A DNA stretch of 55,383 nt from a virus (lineage: Duplodnaviria > Caudoviricetes). Each line of letters opens with the position of its first letter. The stretch's first letter is position 1. Shown one piece after another: positions 46,255 to 55,383 of this stretch. Below the pieces are notes generated by a model. It saw only the letters and a program-made list of their open reading frames with translations, was not told where the DNA came from and ran no database searches. The position numbers and the translations under genes are program-made. The stretch lies in the IMG/VR virus record IMGVR_UViG_3300042923_000371, positions 1 to 55,383 of that record, one strand, 5' to 3'.

Positions 46255-46872
46255 GTGAGTACAAAGCTAAGTGCCATTATCGGACAGTACAGAAATATAC
46301 TTGCTACCGATGGCATTGTGGATAAAGAAGAATTAATCGAAATGCTGAAAGTTGACACTGAAATAATAGTCAAAGATTACAACAAATTAGCAGATAAAAT
46401 TTTAGACAACATAGAGGAATTAAAAGCCTATGCCTTACCAGTAAATAAAAAGCAAGCAGAAAAAGACCGCATGAAATTGTACAAGCAAGGATTGAGTGAC
46501 GAAGAGATTGCTCTAATAGAAGGTGTCACTTCAACCACAATATACAGTTGGCGAAAGGTAAGAAAATTATCAACTAATCTTACTAAGCTTCAACGTGAAA
46601 AAGCAGAAAAATATGAAAAGCGATTGGAGTTTTACAATCAAGGTTTAACGGACAAGGAAATTGCTGAAAATTGTAATGAGAAGGTTAGTACTATTAAAGG
46701 TTGGCGAGAACGTAACAAATTAACTGCAAATTCAGACACTATAAAAGAAAAGTGCTTAAAAATGCTTGATGAAGGCTGCGGAGTAAAGGAAGTTTCAGAA
46801 TCACAAAACATCTGTTCAACAACATTGTACAAATGGAAAAGTAGGAGGAAAAAAGCTAATGCAAAAATATAG
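46255..46872 (+). CDS. Triple-HTH DNA-binding protein
   Basis: Three repeats of the QGLSD.EIA...TI..WR type. Confidence 0.7.
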   Translation: MSTKLSAIIGQYRNILATDGIVDKEELIEMLKVDTEIIVKDYNKLADKILDNIEELKAYALPVNKKQAEKDRMKLYKQGLSDEEIALIEGVTSTTIYSWRKVRKLSTNLTKLQREKAEKYEKRLEFYNQGLTDKEIAENCNEKVSTIKGWRERNKLTANSDTIKEKCLKMLDEGCGVKEVSESQNICSTTLYKWKSRRKKANAKI

Positions 46873-47299
46873 ATGTGAGGAATGCGGACGGATATTTAAT
46901 AAGCCTGTTGAAATTCAAGAGGAACATGGAGAAGTATTTGTAGTATGTCCAACCTGCCTAAGTACAGATTACTGTAACGTCTTTAAATGTTCTTTGTGCG
47001 ACAGATATATAACTTATGATGAAATACACAAGGATATATGTTACGAGTGTGCAACTAAGGAATACGCCGACAGGCTAGGTTTAAAATTCATCGAAGTCAA
47101 CAAAGATTTCTACCTTGATTTTTACGGTGTTGAAAAGGTGGACAAGGATTTAAAGTCAAATTTAATTGAAATTTTAGAGAAAGACTTTTTAAGCAAGGTT
47201 GACATGGACACTGACTGGAACAAACAGCTTAAATCAGTTAAAGAATATTGCTTGGAAGATATTGACGATTGGATTGAGTTTTTAAAGGAGGAAATCTAA
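46859..47299 (+). CDS. Zn-finger protein
   Basis: Four CxxC pairs. Confidence 0.7.
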   Translation: MQKYRCEECGRIFNKPVEIQEEHGEVFVVCPTCLSTDYCNVFKCSLCDRYITYDEIHKDICYECATKEYADRLGLKFIEVNKDFYLDFYGVEKVDKDLKSNLIEILEKDFLSKVDMDTDWNKQLKSVKEYCLEDIDDWIEFLKEEI

Positions 47300-47875
47300 A
47301 TGTTTGATAGGTTATTTTCAAAAGACAAACGACTACCGCTAGAAGTTCATTTTAAGAACAGCTTTGCAATAAATAAAATTTCTGATTTTCTAACTGACTA
47401 TTTGACGAGTGATTCAGCGATTGTATGTATCGGAACGGATAAATGTATTGTTGACAGTTTAGGACCTTTGGTTGGTACTTTTCTTTCAAAACAAGATATA
47501 GGAATTGACGTATATGGAACATTATCTAGTCCTGTACACGCTAAAAACATGGATGACTACATAGAAATGATAAGCAAGAAGAATTATAGCAATGTCATTG
47601 CAATAGATGCTTGTTTGAGTAATAAAAAAGGTCAAGGAATAATTGAGGTTAGGGAAGGACCTATAACACCTGGGAAGGGAGTCGGAAAGGTATTACCTGA
47701 AATCGGTGATTATTCCATAATCGGAATTGTTGATACAAGCAACAAAGAATTTCACGAATTAGTTCAAGGTACACGTCTTTCATTAATTTATGAAATGGCT
47801 GAAATTATTTCAAGCGGTGTAGTAAGTGCGGTAAATAATAAAAAGTTATATAAGGAGGTAGCAAATTGTTTATAA
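47300..47875 (+). CDS. yyaC: Spore protease YyaC (DUF1256)
   Basis: VCIGTDK..VDSLGPLVGT, YGTL..PVHAKN, IAIDACL, PGKGVGK.LP.IGD.SI.GIV. Confidence 0.92.
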   Translation: MFDRLFSKDKRLPLEVHFKNSFAINKISDFLTDYLTSDSAIVCIGTDKCIVDSLGPLVGTFLSKQDIGIDVYGTLSSPVHAKNMDDYIEMISKKNYSNVIAIDACLSNKKGQGIIEVREGPITPGKGVGKVLPEIGDYSIIGIVDTSNKEFHELVQGTRLSLIYEMAEIISSGVVSAVNNKKLYKEVANCL

Positions 47876-48252
47876 GAAGTCAGGATAAAAAGATGCTTTT
47901 AAATTTTAAAAATCTAACAGTAATAGGAAAGGATAAAGAAAATAATATTTATGTTGTTGATAGTCCAATAGCTTACCCTGGTCCAATTTTGGCAATCGGC
48001 ACATATTCCACAGAAGAAAAAGCGTTGAAAGTGTTGGACATGATTGAAGAAAATTACAGAAAAGTTGGAATTGCCAAAATTGGCGGACTTAATTGCTATG
48101 AGGTTGATTACTCATTTCAGATGCCGGCAGACACAGACCTAGACGAACAAGAAGTTACAGAAGTTACAGAAACAGAAAAAGAGTTAGAAGATGCTTTAAA
48201 TTCTGTAAAGAATTATAAAAATATGTTGTTCGGTGGTTGCAATGGCAATTAA
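47866..48252 (+). CDS. Conserved phage protein
   Basis: IRSQDK...GTYSTEEKALKVLDMI. Confidence 0.7.
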   Translation: MFIRSQDKKMLLNFKNLTVIGKDKENNIYVVDSPIAYPGPILAIGTYSTEEKALKVLDMIEENYRKVGIAKIGGLNCYEVDYSFQMPADTDLDEQEVTEVTETEKELEDALNSVKNYKNMLFGGCNGN

Positions 48253-48886
48253 AACAAGGGAAGAATGGCTTAAAGTTAGGCAATCTGGAATTGGAGCATC
48301 AGAATGTAGTGCGATTGTTGGTCTTAACCCTTATTGCACGAATATCGAACTTTGGGAGTACAAAACAGGCATCAAAGAGCCAGAAGATATAGGCGATAAG
48401 CCATATGTTAAATACGGAACAGAAGCGGAAAAGTATTTAAGAGGATTGTTTGCACTAGACTTTCCACAGTACAAAGTAGGTTACAAAGATTTTGATGTTG
48501 TTAGGAATGAGAAATATCCGTTTATATTTGCCACTCTTGACGGTAGGTTGATTGAGAGGGATACAGGCAGACGAGGAATATTAGAGATTAAGACAACAGA
48601 AATTTTGAAAAGCCAACAAAAAGAGAGTTGGAAAGACCAAGTGCCTAGTAACTATTTTTGTCAATTATTATGGCAACTATTAGCGACAGGGTGGGAGTTT
48701 TCAGTATTAAAGGCGCAGCTAAAGACGACATTTGGTGATGAAGTTTATTTACAGACAAAACATTATCACGTTGAACGGTCAGATGTAAAGGAAGATTTAG
48801 AATATTTACAAGAAGAAGCTATCAAGTTTTGGGAAAAGGTACAAAAAAAACAATGCCCTGACTTGTTACTTCCAAACATTTTATAA
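48242..48886 (+). CDS. YqaJ/lambda-exonuclease family nuclease
   Basis: EWLKVRQSGIGASE, YG..AE, ATLDG, LEIKT, Y..Q. Confidence 0.9.
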   Translation: MAIKTREEWLKVRQSGIGASECSAIVGLNPYCTNIELWEYKTGIKEPEDIGDKPYVKYGTEAEKYLRGLFALDFPQYKVGYKDFDVVRNEKYPFIFATLDGRLIERDTGRRGILEIKTTEILKSQQKESWKDQVPSNYFCQLLWQLLATGWEFSVLKAQLKTTFGDEVYLQTKHYHVERSDVKEDLEYLQEEAIKFWEKVQKKQCPDLLLPNIL

Positions 48887-48904
48887 AAATTAGGAGGAAA
48901 AACA

Positions 48905-49243
48905 ATGAACGCAGTTGAATATTTAAAAATTAAAGAAAGATTATGCAAAAATGCAACATGCATTGATTGTCCGTTAAATCATAGAAATAATGGTTTAAAC
49001 AACACATGCGGAGTGTTTGAAAAAAAGCATCCCGACCAAGCAGTAGAAATAGTTGAAAATTGGAGCAAGGAACACCCTGTTAAGACTTATTTGTCGGTGT
49101 TGTTGGAGAAGTTCCCGAATGTAAAGTTAGATGAAGGAATACCGACAACGTGTCCGTATCATTTATTTAATATAGATAATCGCAAATGCCCCAGTTTAAT
49201 ATGTGTTAAATGCTGGAACAGAGAATACAAGGAGGAAATATGA
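48905..49243 (+). CDS. Cys-rich hypothetical protein
   Basis: VENWSKEHPVKT...C..CWN. Confidence 0.7.
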   Translation: MNAVEYLKIKERLCKNATCIDCPLNHRNNGLNNTCGVFEKKHPDQAVEIVENWSKEHPVKTYLSVLLEKFPNVKLDEGIPTTCPYHLFNIDNRKCPSLICVKCWNREYKEEI

Positions 49244-49773
49244 AGAAATCAGAACTAAAAACAGGAATGAGAGTACGAATGAGAAACAATGAAATTTATT
49301 TAGTGCTTAAAGATGTTGATACTGAAACTTATGGACATCAAGACATTATATTTGTTAGAAAATACGGTTTTATGACTGGAAGTAATTATGACGAAAATTC
49401 AATGAAAATATGTGGAAGTAGTAGTGATTTCGACATTATGGAGGTTTTCAATGTTGAAAATAATATTCCTTTCAGTTCTAGCGTACTTGATTTAAGTAAA
49501 AGACATTCAATCTGGCAACGTCAAGAATTCACAGAAGAACAAAAGGAAATATTCAAGGCACTTAGATTGTTGGGATTTAAGCATATTGTTAGAGATAAAA
49601 ATAATAACTTATATACCTATATACTAGAGCCCATAAAAAACAATACATATTGGGTGAGTAATGGGGATTGCAATGATTACTTAAAACTAAGGGTAAATGA
49701 AAATTTATTCAGCTTCATCAAATGGGAAGATGCAGAACCGTTCGAAATACCAATAATAGAAAAGGAGAACTAA
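49240..49773 (+). CDS. Hypothetical two-domain phage protein
   Basis: MKKSELKTGM start after AGGAGG; DIMEV and FSFIKWED motifs. Confidence 0.7.
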   Translation: MKKSELKTGMRVRMRNNEIYLVLKDVDTETYGHQDIIFVRKYGFMTGSNYDENSMKICGSSSDFDIMEVFNVENNIPFSSSVLDLSKRHSIWQRQEFTEEQKEIFKALRLLGFKHIVRDKNNNLYTYILEPIKNNTYWVSNGDCNDYLKLRVNENLFSFIKWEDAEPFEIPIIEKEN

Positions 49774-50649
49774 ATGGAATTTAAAATCACACCATATCAA
49801 AAAATAAGCACAATAGAATTTAACTACGCAGAGTTAAAGGCTGAATTAGCAGACAAGCTAGTCAAGTATAAAGGCACTACATATGACGATTCAGCAATAT
49901 CACTAGCAAAGAAAGACAAAGCAAATCTAAACAAGCTAAGAACAGCTATCGAGGACAAGAGAAAAGAAATCAAAAAGGACTTGTTAGAACCTTATACTTT
50001 GCTGGAGTCACAAATAAAGGACATTGTTTCAATGATAGACAAGCCTGTGCTAGAGATTGATACACAAATCAAGAACTATGAGGAAAGAGTTAAGGCAGAC
50101 AAGCAAGCTGAAATTCAATTCTACTTTGATGAGGTTGTAGGAAATTTAAAAGACATTTTGAAACTAGACAAGCTGTTTAACGACAAATGGCTGAACGTAA
50201 CCTACAACATGAAGAGCATCAAGGAAGAAATTGACGAATCAATCAAGCGTGTTAATGCAGATTTAGAAGTTATCAAAGGTTTAAATTCAGAATTTAACAC
50301 AGAGTTAATGAATGAATATTTATACAACTTTGATTTATCGGCAGTTTTAAGAAAGAAAACTATGCTTGAAGAACGTAAAAAGGCTATTGAAGAACTTGAA
50401 CAGAAAAAACGAGAACAAGAGTTAGCTAGAAACAATCATACAGACACTACAAGCAACCTTACGCAAACGAAAAACACTCAACCGACTATTTATATTACCG
50501 AACAACAAACAAGCGTTAAAGACGACGTAAAGACCTCACAAGAAAATATTATCACTCTTGACTTTAGGGTGTGGGGTACGCAGGAACAAATTTTAAAATT
50601 AAAAATGTTTCTAAATCAAAATGATATGAAATTTGGGAGGGTTGAGTAA
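49774..50649 (+). CDS. DUF1351 family coiled-coil protein
   Basis: IEFNYAELK...AKKDKANLNK...KWLN; located between YqaJ and RecT. Confidence 0.75.
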   Translation: MEFKITPYQKISTIEFNYAELKAELADKLVKYKGTTYDDSAISLAKKDKANLNKLRTAIEDKRKEIKKDLLEPYTLLESQIKDIVSMIDKPVLEIDTQIKNYEERVKADKQAEIQFYFDEVVGNLKDILKLDKLFNDKWLNVTYNMKSIKEEIDESIKRVNADLEVIKGLNSEFNTELMNEYLYNFDLSAVLRKKTMLEERKKAIEELEQKKREQELARNNHTDTTSNLTQTKNTQPTIYITEQQTSVKDDVKTSQENIITLDFRVWGTQEQILKLKMFLNQNDMKFGRVE

Positions 50650-50918
50650 TGAGTGAAAGAGAAGAAATTTTAGAATCACTTGAACCATTATTCGAGCAAG
50701 CAGAAAAAGAAAAATTATGGTTTTATTGCAGTTATCAAGATATGTGGTTTTCTCCAAGAGAATTAAAAGATATGCAAAAGGCTGGTCGTTTTGTATGGGG
50801 AGCAGTTAATTGGACTTTAAGAGACCCACTTAATAAAGTAAAAGAAATAGAAGTAAAAATTGAGAATTTAAGAAACGCAAAAGATAATTTTATTAAAAAA
50901 ATCGAGGAGGAAATATAA
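50649..50918 (+). CDS. Hypothetical protein
   Basis: WFSPREL...GRFVWG.VNW.LRDP. Confidence 0.7.
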   Translation: MSEREEILESLEPLFEQAEKEKLWFYCSYQDMWFSPRELKDMQKAGRFVWGAVNWTLRDPLNKVKEIEVKIENLRNAKDNFIKKIEEEI

Positions 50919-51911
50919 ATGGTAAACAACTCATTAGTGCAAAAAACACAGAAACAAAAATTTAGCGTAGCAATTCAGGGCGATGCTTACAAAAACTTAA
51001 TCAACAACACTCTAGGCAATCCAAAGAAGGCAGAAAGATTTATTGCTGCGGTATCAAGTGCAGTAGCTGTCAATCCGGCATTACAAGAATGTGATGCAGG
51101 CAGTATTGTTTCATCAGCATTGTTAGGTGAAAGCTTGAATTTGTCACCTAGTCCGCAGCTAGGACAGTATTATATGGTTCCGTTTAATGACAAGAAAAGA
51201 AACTGTAAAATTGCAACTTTTATACTAGGTGCTAAAGGTTACAAACAACTTGCTATGAGAAGTGGACAGTATTTAGACATTGATGTTATAGAAGTCAAAG
51301 AAGGCGAGTTTAAAGGCAGAGATAAGCACACAGGTAAACAGAAGTTTGAATTTATTGAAGATGAAAACGAAAGAGAAAAACTTGAAACAATAGGCTACTT
51401 AGCATACTTTGAACTTTTGAACGGTTTTAAAAAGAGTATTTATTGGACTAAGGAAAAAATGGAAGCACACGCTGACAAGTATTCAGCAGCTTTTAGTCTA
51501 AAAAGTTACAAGTTACTTCAAGAAGGCAAGATACCACAATCTGAAATGTGGAAATATTCTTCATATTGGTATACCTCATTTTCACAAATGTCGGAAAAAA
51601 CAATGATTAGACAGTTAATTTCACAGTGGGGAATCATGTCAATCGACTTACAAAAGGCCTTTGAAGTTGATATCGATGCTGAACAAAAGGAAACTGCTGA
51701 ATTTGTTGAGAATGAAACTGTTGATAATTTCTTTGAAGATACCGAAACACCGGAAGAAGTTAAGCAAGATGAAGTTATTCAGCCTGATAAGAGCAACAAA
51801 ACTACTAAGAACGATAAAAACAAAGCGGTAGATATGCACGAAGTAGAAGAAGGTTTGACGGAAGAAGAAAAAGCGATATTCGGACAAGAAAACTTCTTCA
51901 ATGAACAGTAA
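50919..51911 (+). CDS. recT: RecT family single-strand annealing protein
   Basis: NPALQEC, L.PSPQLGQYYMVPF, GYKQLAMRSG, M.EKT. Confidence 0.9.
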   Translation: MVNNSLVQKTQKQKFSVAIQGDAYKNLINNTLGNPKKAERFIAAVSSAVAVNPALQECDAGSIVSSALLGESLNLSPSPQLGQYYMVPFNDKKRNCKIATFILGAKGYKQLAMRSGQYLDIDVIEVKEGEFKGRDKHTGKQKFEFIEDENEREKLETIGYLAYFELLNGFKKSIYWTKEKMEAHADKYSAAFSLKSYKLLQEGKIPQSEMWKYSSYWYTSFSQMSEKTMIRQLISQWGIMSIDLQKAFEVDIDAEQKETAEFVENETVDNFFEDTETPEEVKQDEVIQPDKSNKTTKNDKNKAVDMHEVEEGLTEEEKAIFGQENFFNEQ

Positions 51912-51955
51912 GAAGGATAGGGGGAGTAATCCCCTTCTTATAAGGTGGTGATAGA

Positions 51956-52048
51956 TTGGATGTTAAATGGATAAAAATTGCAACAAATATGTTTGACAAT
52001 AGAAAAATAAAGCAGATAAGGGAACCATTTTATTGGCTGGGTTTGTAG
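51956..52048 (+). pseudogene. Truncated N-terminus of a phage replisome-organiser gene
   Basis: AAGGTGGTG RBS, TTG; MDVKWIKIATNMFDNRKIKQIR, then stops after 30 aa. Confidence 0.65.
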
Positions 52049-52062
52049 AAAGGAGTTAAATC

Positions 52063-52821
52063 ATGGCAAAGCGAAAGATAATTTCTAAAAAATTAAGGTT
52101 TGAAGTATTTAAAAGAGATAGTTTTACTTGTCAATATTGTGGAAGAATGGCACCTGATGTTGTATTAGAGGTTGACCATATCAATCCTGTTGTCAATGGT
52201 GGCGATAATGACATCATGAATTTAATAACTTCTTGTTTTGACTGTAATAGAGGTAAAGGCAAGAAAGTATTATCGGAAAACGAAACAATTAAAAAGCAGC
52301 AAGAACAATTAAAAGAATTAAACGAAAAACGAGAACAGTTAGAAATGATGCTCAAATGGAAAAAAGAATTAAGCAAATTTGAAGATGAACAGGTTCAAAA
52401 GTGCAATGAATTATTATCTGAATATGGTCGTTCATTAACAGAGAAAGGTAAGAATGATTTTAAAAAATGGATAAAAAAATATGGTTTCATTGAAGTTTAT
52501 GAAAATTTTCAGATTGCTTTAGAACAATACGTTGATGAAGATGATTCTACATCTTATAGCAAAGCAATTAACTATGTTCCAAAAATTATCAACAATAAAA
52601 TATTAGAACAAAACGACCCAATGTTACCTAAAAAACATTACATAAAGGGCATTTTAAGGAACAGAGGAATGCTTTACAACGAAGGCAGATTATATAAATT
52701 TCTTAATGCAAATTTTGTTAATGATAATTGCTATAACGCTGTAAAAAATATAGCTTGTAACTGTAATAATTGGTCTGATTTTTGGGAGGAAATTAATGAA
52801 GTCTGGGACGGTGATTGGTAA
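52063..52821 (+). CDS. HNH endonuclease
   Basis: RFEVFKRDSFTCQYCG, EVDHINP, NLITSCFDCNRGK. Confidence 0.92.
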   Translation: MAKRKIISKKLRFEVFKRDSFTCQYCGRMAPDVVLEVDHINPVVNGGDNDIMNLITSCFDCNRGKGKKVLSENETIKKQQEQLKELNEKREQLEMMLKWKKELSKFEDEQVQKCNELLSEYGRSLTEKGKNDFKKWIKKYGFIEVYENFQIALEQYVDEDDSTSYSKAINYVPKIINNKILEQNDPMLPKKHYIKGILRNRGMLYNEGRLYKFLNANFVNDNCYNAVKNIACNCNNWSDFWEEINEVWDGDW

Positions 52822-53648
52822 TGGGAATTTCAAGAATTGTCAATACTGACTTTTGGACAGATGCGAAAGTTATTGACTGTTATTCTCCAGAAGATAAATA
52901 TTTTTGGCTTTATCTTTTAACTAATCCACAGACTAGACAACTAGGTGTTTATAAACTTCCTAAAAAAATAATGGCATTTCAATTAGGCTACAGCCTTGAA
53001 GCAGTGCAAGTATTATTAGACCGTTTTCAAAATAAGTACGAAGCAATTATGTATTCAGACGAAACACAAGAAATTGCTATCTTAAATTATTTAAAGTATT
53101 CAATTGTAAAGGGTGGAAAACCTGTTATTGATTGTATTGCTAAAGATATTAGTCAAGTAAAAGATATTGCACTATTAAAAGTAATATATAGAAAAACTCT
53201 AAATTTTAATGATGACAGAGATACCATTAACGCAATTAGAGAAATGCTTTCTGTATTTGATAATGATAATGATAATGATAATGATAATGACAATGACAAT
53301 GACAGTATCGTACCACGATTCGTTGACGATTCGTTGGCGAATCGCAAAAAGCCTAAAATTAAAAGGATTTTCACTGGTGAAGATAAGGAATACTTATTAG
53401 CAAAATATCTATCAAAGTGTATTGCTGAAAGATTAGACAAGCCTTTAAGAGATGAAAAGACATTGCAGAGTTGGACAAGTGAATTTAATAAAATGGTTAG
53501 GCTTGATAAGTTAGACATAAATGAAATGAAAGATGTTCTAGTTTTTAGTCAAAAGGATGACTTCTGGAAAACAAATATTTTGTCAGCAAGTAAATTCAAA
53601 AAGCAGTATTTAACATTACTAGCCAAAATGAAACAAGAAGGTGATTAA
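52821..53648 (+). CDS. Phage replication initiator
   Basis: RIVNTDFWTD...PEDKYFWLYLLTNP N-terminus; DN linker; DDFWKTNILS..K C-terminus. Confidence 0.85.
   Translation: MGISRIVNTDFWTDAKVIDCYSPEDKYFWLYLLTNPQTRQLGVYKLPKKIMAFQLGYSLEAVQVLLDRFQNKYEAIMYSDETQEIAILNYLKYSIVKGGKPVIDCIAKDISQVKDIALLKVIYRKTLNFNDDRDTINAIREMLSVFDNDNDNDNDNDNDNDSIVPRFVDDSLANRKKPKIKRIFTGEDKEYLLAKYLSKCIAERLDKPLRDEKTLQSWTSEFNKMVRLDKLDINEMKDVLVFSQKDDFWKTNILSASKFKKQYLTLLAKMKQEGD
53259..53345 (+). repeat. (GAYAAT)7 repeat plus iteron-like repeats, candidate origin
   Basis: GATAATx5, GACAATx2; ACGATTCGTTG x2 (53315-53336) followed by inverted CGAATCG. Confidence 0.6.
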
Positions 53649-53651
53649 TTA

Positions 53652-54617
53652 ATGCCAACAATAGAAGAACTGAAATATTTACAATCACAGCCATTAGAAA
53701 GAAAGATAAATATTACAATTACAAGAATCATTGAATGGTATCAACGATTTAATGGACAAGTATATGTATCATTTAGCGGTGGTAAGGACAGCACAGTTTT
53801 ATTAGACCTTGCAAGACGAATTTATCCTGATATAGAAGCAGTATTTATTGATACAGGGCTTGAATATCCAGAGATAAGAGAATTTGTTAAGACTAAAGAT
53901 AATATTACATGGCTAAGACCTAAGATAAACTTTAAAGAAGTTATTGAGAAGTACGGCTACCCTGTAATTAGTAAAAGAGTGAGCAGACAACTACATGATG
54001 TAAAAAAACATGGAAAAAGTTGTTGGGCATGGCGATGTTTTGATGGTGAAGAAAAAGGAAGTTATGAAATGAAGCGATATAAGTATTTGATTGATTCACC
54101 TTTTAGAATTTCTGATAAATGTTGTGCCGTAATGAAAAAGGCTCCTGTTAAGGAATACGGAAAGAAAGTCAACAAAAAAGCAGTTATAGGAACAATGACA
54201 GACGAAAGTCAACAAAGGCAAACAACTTGGTTACAACAAGGTTGTAATGCTTTCGATAATAAAAACCCTATATCAACTCCAATGAGTTTTTGGACAGAGC
54301 AAGATGTTTTACGTTATCTAAAAGAAACGAAAATACCATATGCAAGCATTTACGGAAATATAGTTGCTAAAACAAAGCTGGTTAGCATGGAAGAATTAGA
54401 ACAGTTAGTAATGGAAGAAGTACCGACAGATTTAATGACAACAGGAGTAAACCGCACAGGATGTATGTTTTGTATGTTTGGTGTTCATTTAGAACAAGAG
54501 CCTAACAGATTTCAAAGAATGAAAATAACACATCCGAAGCAATACGATTATTGCATAAGAGAAGAAAATGGCTTAGGACTAGGAAAAGTATTGGACTATA
54601 TCAATGTTAAGTATTAA
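53652..54617 (+). CDS. PAPS-reductase family (PP-loop, Fe-S) protein
   Basis: SFSGGKDS, DTGLEYPE, KCC..MKK.P, RTGCMFC. Confidence 0.9.
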   Translation: MPTIEELKYLQSQPLERKINITITRIIEWYQRFNGQVYVSFSGGKDSTVLLDLARRIYPDIEAVFIDTGLEYPEIREFVKTKDNITWLRPKINFKEVIEKYGYPVISKRVSRQLHDVKKHGKSCWAWRCFDGEEKGSYEMKRYKYLIDSPFRISDKCCAVMKKAPVKEYGKKVNKKAVIGTMTDESQQRQTTWLQQGCNAFDNKNPISTPMSFWTEQDVLRYLKETKIPYASIYGNIVAKTKLVSMEELEQLVMEEVPTDLMTTGVNRTGCMFCMFGVHLEQEPNRFQRMKITHPKQYDYCIREENGLGLGKVLDYINVKY

Positions 54618-54634
54618 GAAGGAAGGTGGTTAAT

Positions 54635-55383
54635 TTGAAAAACACAAATTTAGAACTTGAAAACAGTATAGTAGGAATCTTATTTACATCATTCAACGAC
54701 ACAATAAAGCATTTTGACTTACTAAAATCAGAATATTTTACACAGAAAATAAACCAAGACATAATCGAAAAAGCTAAATTCTGTTATGTTAACAAAGAAG
54801 ATTTTACAGAGTATACCGCACAAGAACATTTAAAAAACTGCGGATATACAAATCAAATGGTTATTAATCACCTTGTTAGCTGTTCAGAAAATGTAATAAC
54901 AAAATACGCTTTAAAAAGTAATTTAAACATTCTAAGAGGTTTATATCAAAGACGGAAATTTGAAGAAATTCTAACACAAGAATTAAACAGCACAGAGGAA
55001 TTAAATTCAAGCATAGAAAAATTACTACAAGGACTTTATGAATTAAAAAACGGAACAAACGACAACAGAAAAGTTAAAACAATGTTTGATGTTTCTCTTG
55101 AATACTTAGATTTTTTAACTAACAAAGATGACGGAAATAGATGTGACACAGGTTTTTCGTTGATTGACAGTATGCTAAAAGGAATGTTTAAAGGACAATT
55201 AATAGGTTTAGCAGCAAGACCAGGTTGTGGAAAATCAGCTTTTAGCACAGCAATCGGATTGAATGTTGCTAAAAAAGGAAAGACAGTCGTAATGTTTACG
55301 CAAGAAATGGAAGCTTACGAAGTCTTTGAAAGAATAATAGCAAATCAATCATATGTGCCAATGGACAACTTAATTGAGAAATT
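54635..55383 (+). CDS. dnaB: Replicative DNA helicase, N-terminal part (continues across the join into 3..695; about 438 aa in total)
   Basis: Absent from the ORF track. TTG start at 54635 after GGAAGGTGG; reads MKNTNLELENSIVGIL...DTGFSLIDSMLKGMFKGQLIGLAARPGCGKS (Walker A), in frame with ORF 3..695. Confidence 0.92.
   Translation, partial: MKNTNLELENSIVGILFTSFNDTIKHFDLLKSEYFTQKINQDIIEKAKFCYVNKEDFTEYTAQEHLKNCGYTNQMVINHLVSCSENVITKYALKSNLNILRGLYQRRKFEEILTQELNSTEELNSSIEKLLQGLYELKNGTNDNRKVKTMFDVSLEYLDFLTNKDDGNRCDTGFSLIDSMLKGMFKGQLIGLAARPGCGKSAFSTAIGLNVAKKGKTVVMFTQEMEAYEVFERIIANQSYVPMDNLIEK
55257..55383 (+). repeat. Terminal overlap, copy 2
   Basis: Identical to 1-127. Confidence 0.95.

Larger units (their letters stand above)
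1..55383. mobile_element. Complete temperate bacteriophage genome (circular assembly), podovirus-like head/tail module, Bacillota (probably Clostridia-like) host
   Basis: Full set of packaging, head, tail, lysis, integrase+attP, CI/Cro and replication genes; 127-bp terminal overlap; no host chromosomal flanks. Confidence 0.95.

Noticed and set aside
53209-53400. ORF with an IMIMIM repeat
   Set aside because: Alternate-frame reading of the (GAYAAT)n DN linker inside the initiator gene.
55257-55383. 127-bp terminal repeat as a biological direct terminal repeat
   Set aside because: It falls mid-dnaB and its length equals a common assembler k-mer, so it indicates circular assembly only.

Overview
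The window is a complete, circularly assembled temperate phage genome of about 55,256 bp. Bases 55257-55383 repeat bases 1-127, and the DnaB gene runs through the join. It is AT-rich, uses the standard genetic code and has Bacillota-type GGAGG ribosome-binding sites, so the host is most likely a spore-forming clostridium-like organism (inference). The virion module looks podovirus-like: terS and terL, P22-type portal, scaffold, capsid, adaptor, nozzle, fibre/spike and large ejection proteins, with no recognisable major tail or tape-measure gene. Other modules are lysis (two holin-like genes and an amidase), lysogeny (integrase, an attP made of the 3' part of tRNA-Thr(GGT), a CI/Cro switch), and recombination/replication (YqaJ, RecT, initiator, DnaB, SSB, RecU). 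Most interesting items: (i) a leftward small-gene operon beside terS that contains two copies of a covarying three-way-junction RNA motif, RBS-linked boundary repeats and a second, XerC-like recombinase with an upstream inverted repeat; (ii) a sporulation-linked set, namely a sigma-K-type promoter driving an RHH + split FtsK/SpoIIIE + replication-relaxation module, a SigF/G-like sigma factor with an antisense sRNA, and YyaC; (iii) an unannotated micro-gene with a LexA box, convergent on a non-self-cleaving repressor; (iv) several ncRNA or tRNA-like elements near the terminase genes. Protein family names come from motif recognition by eye, with no database searches.
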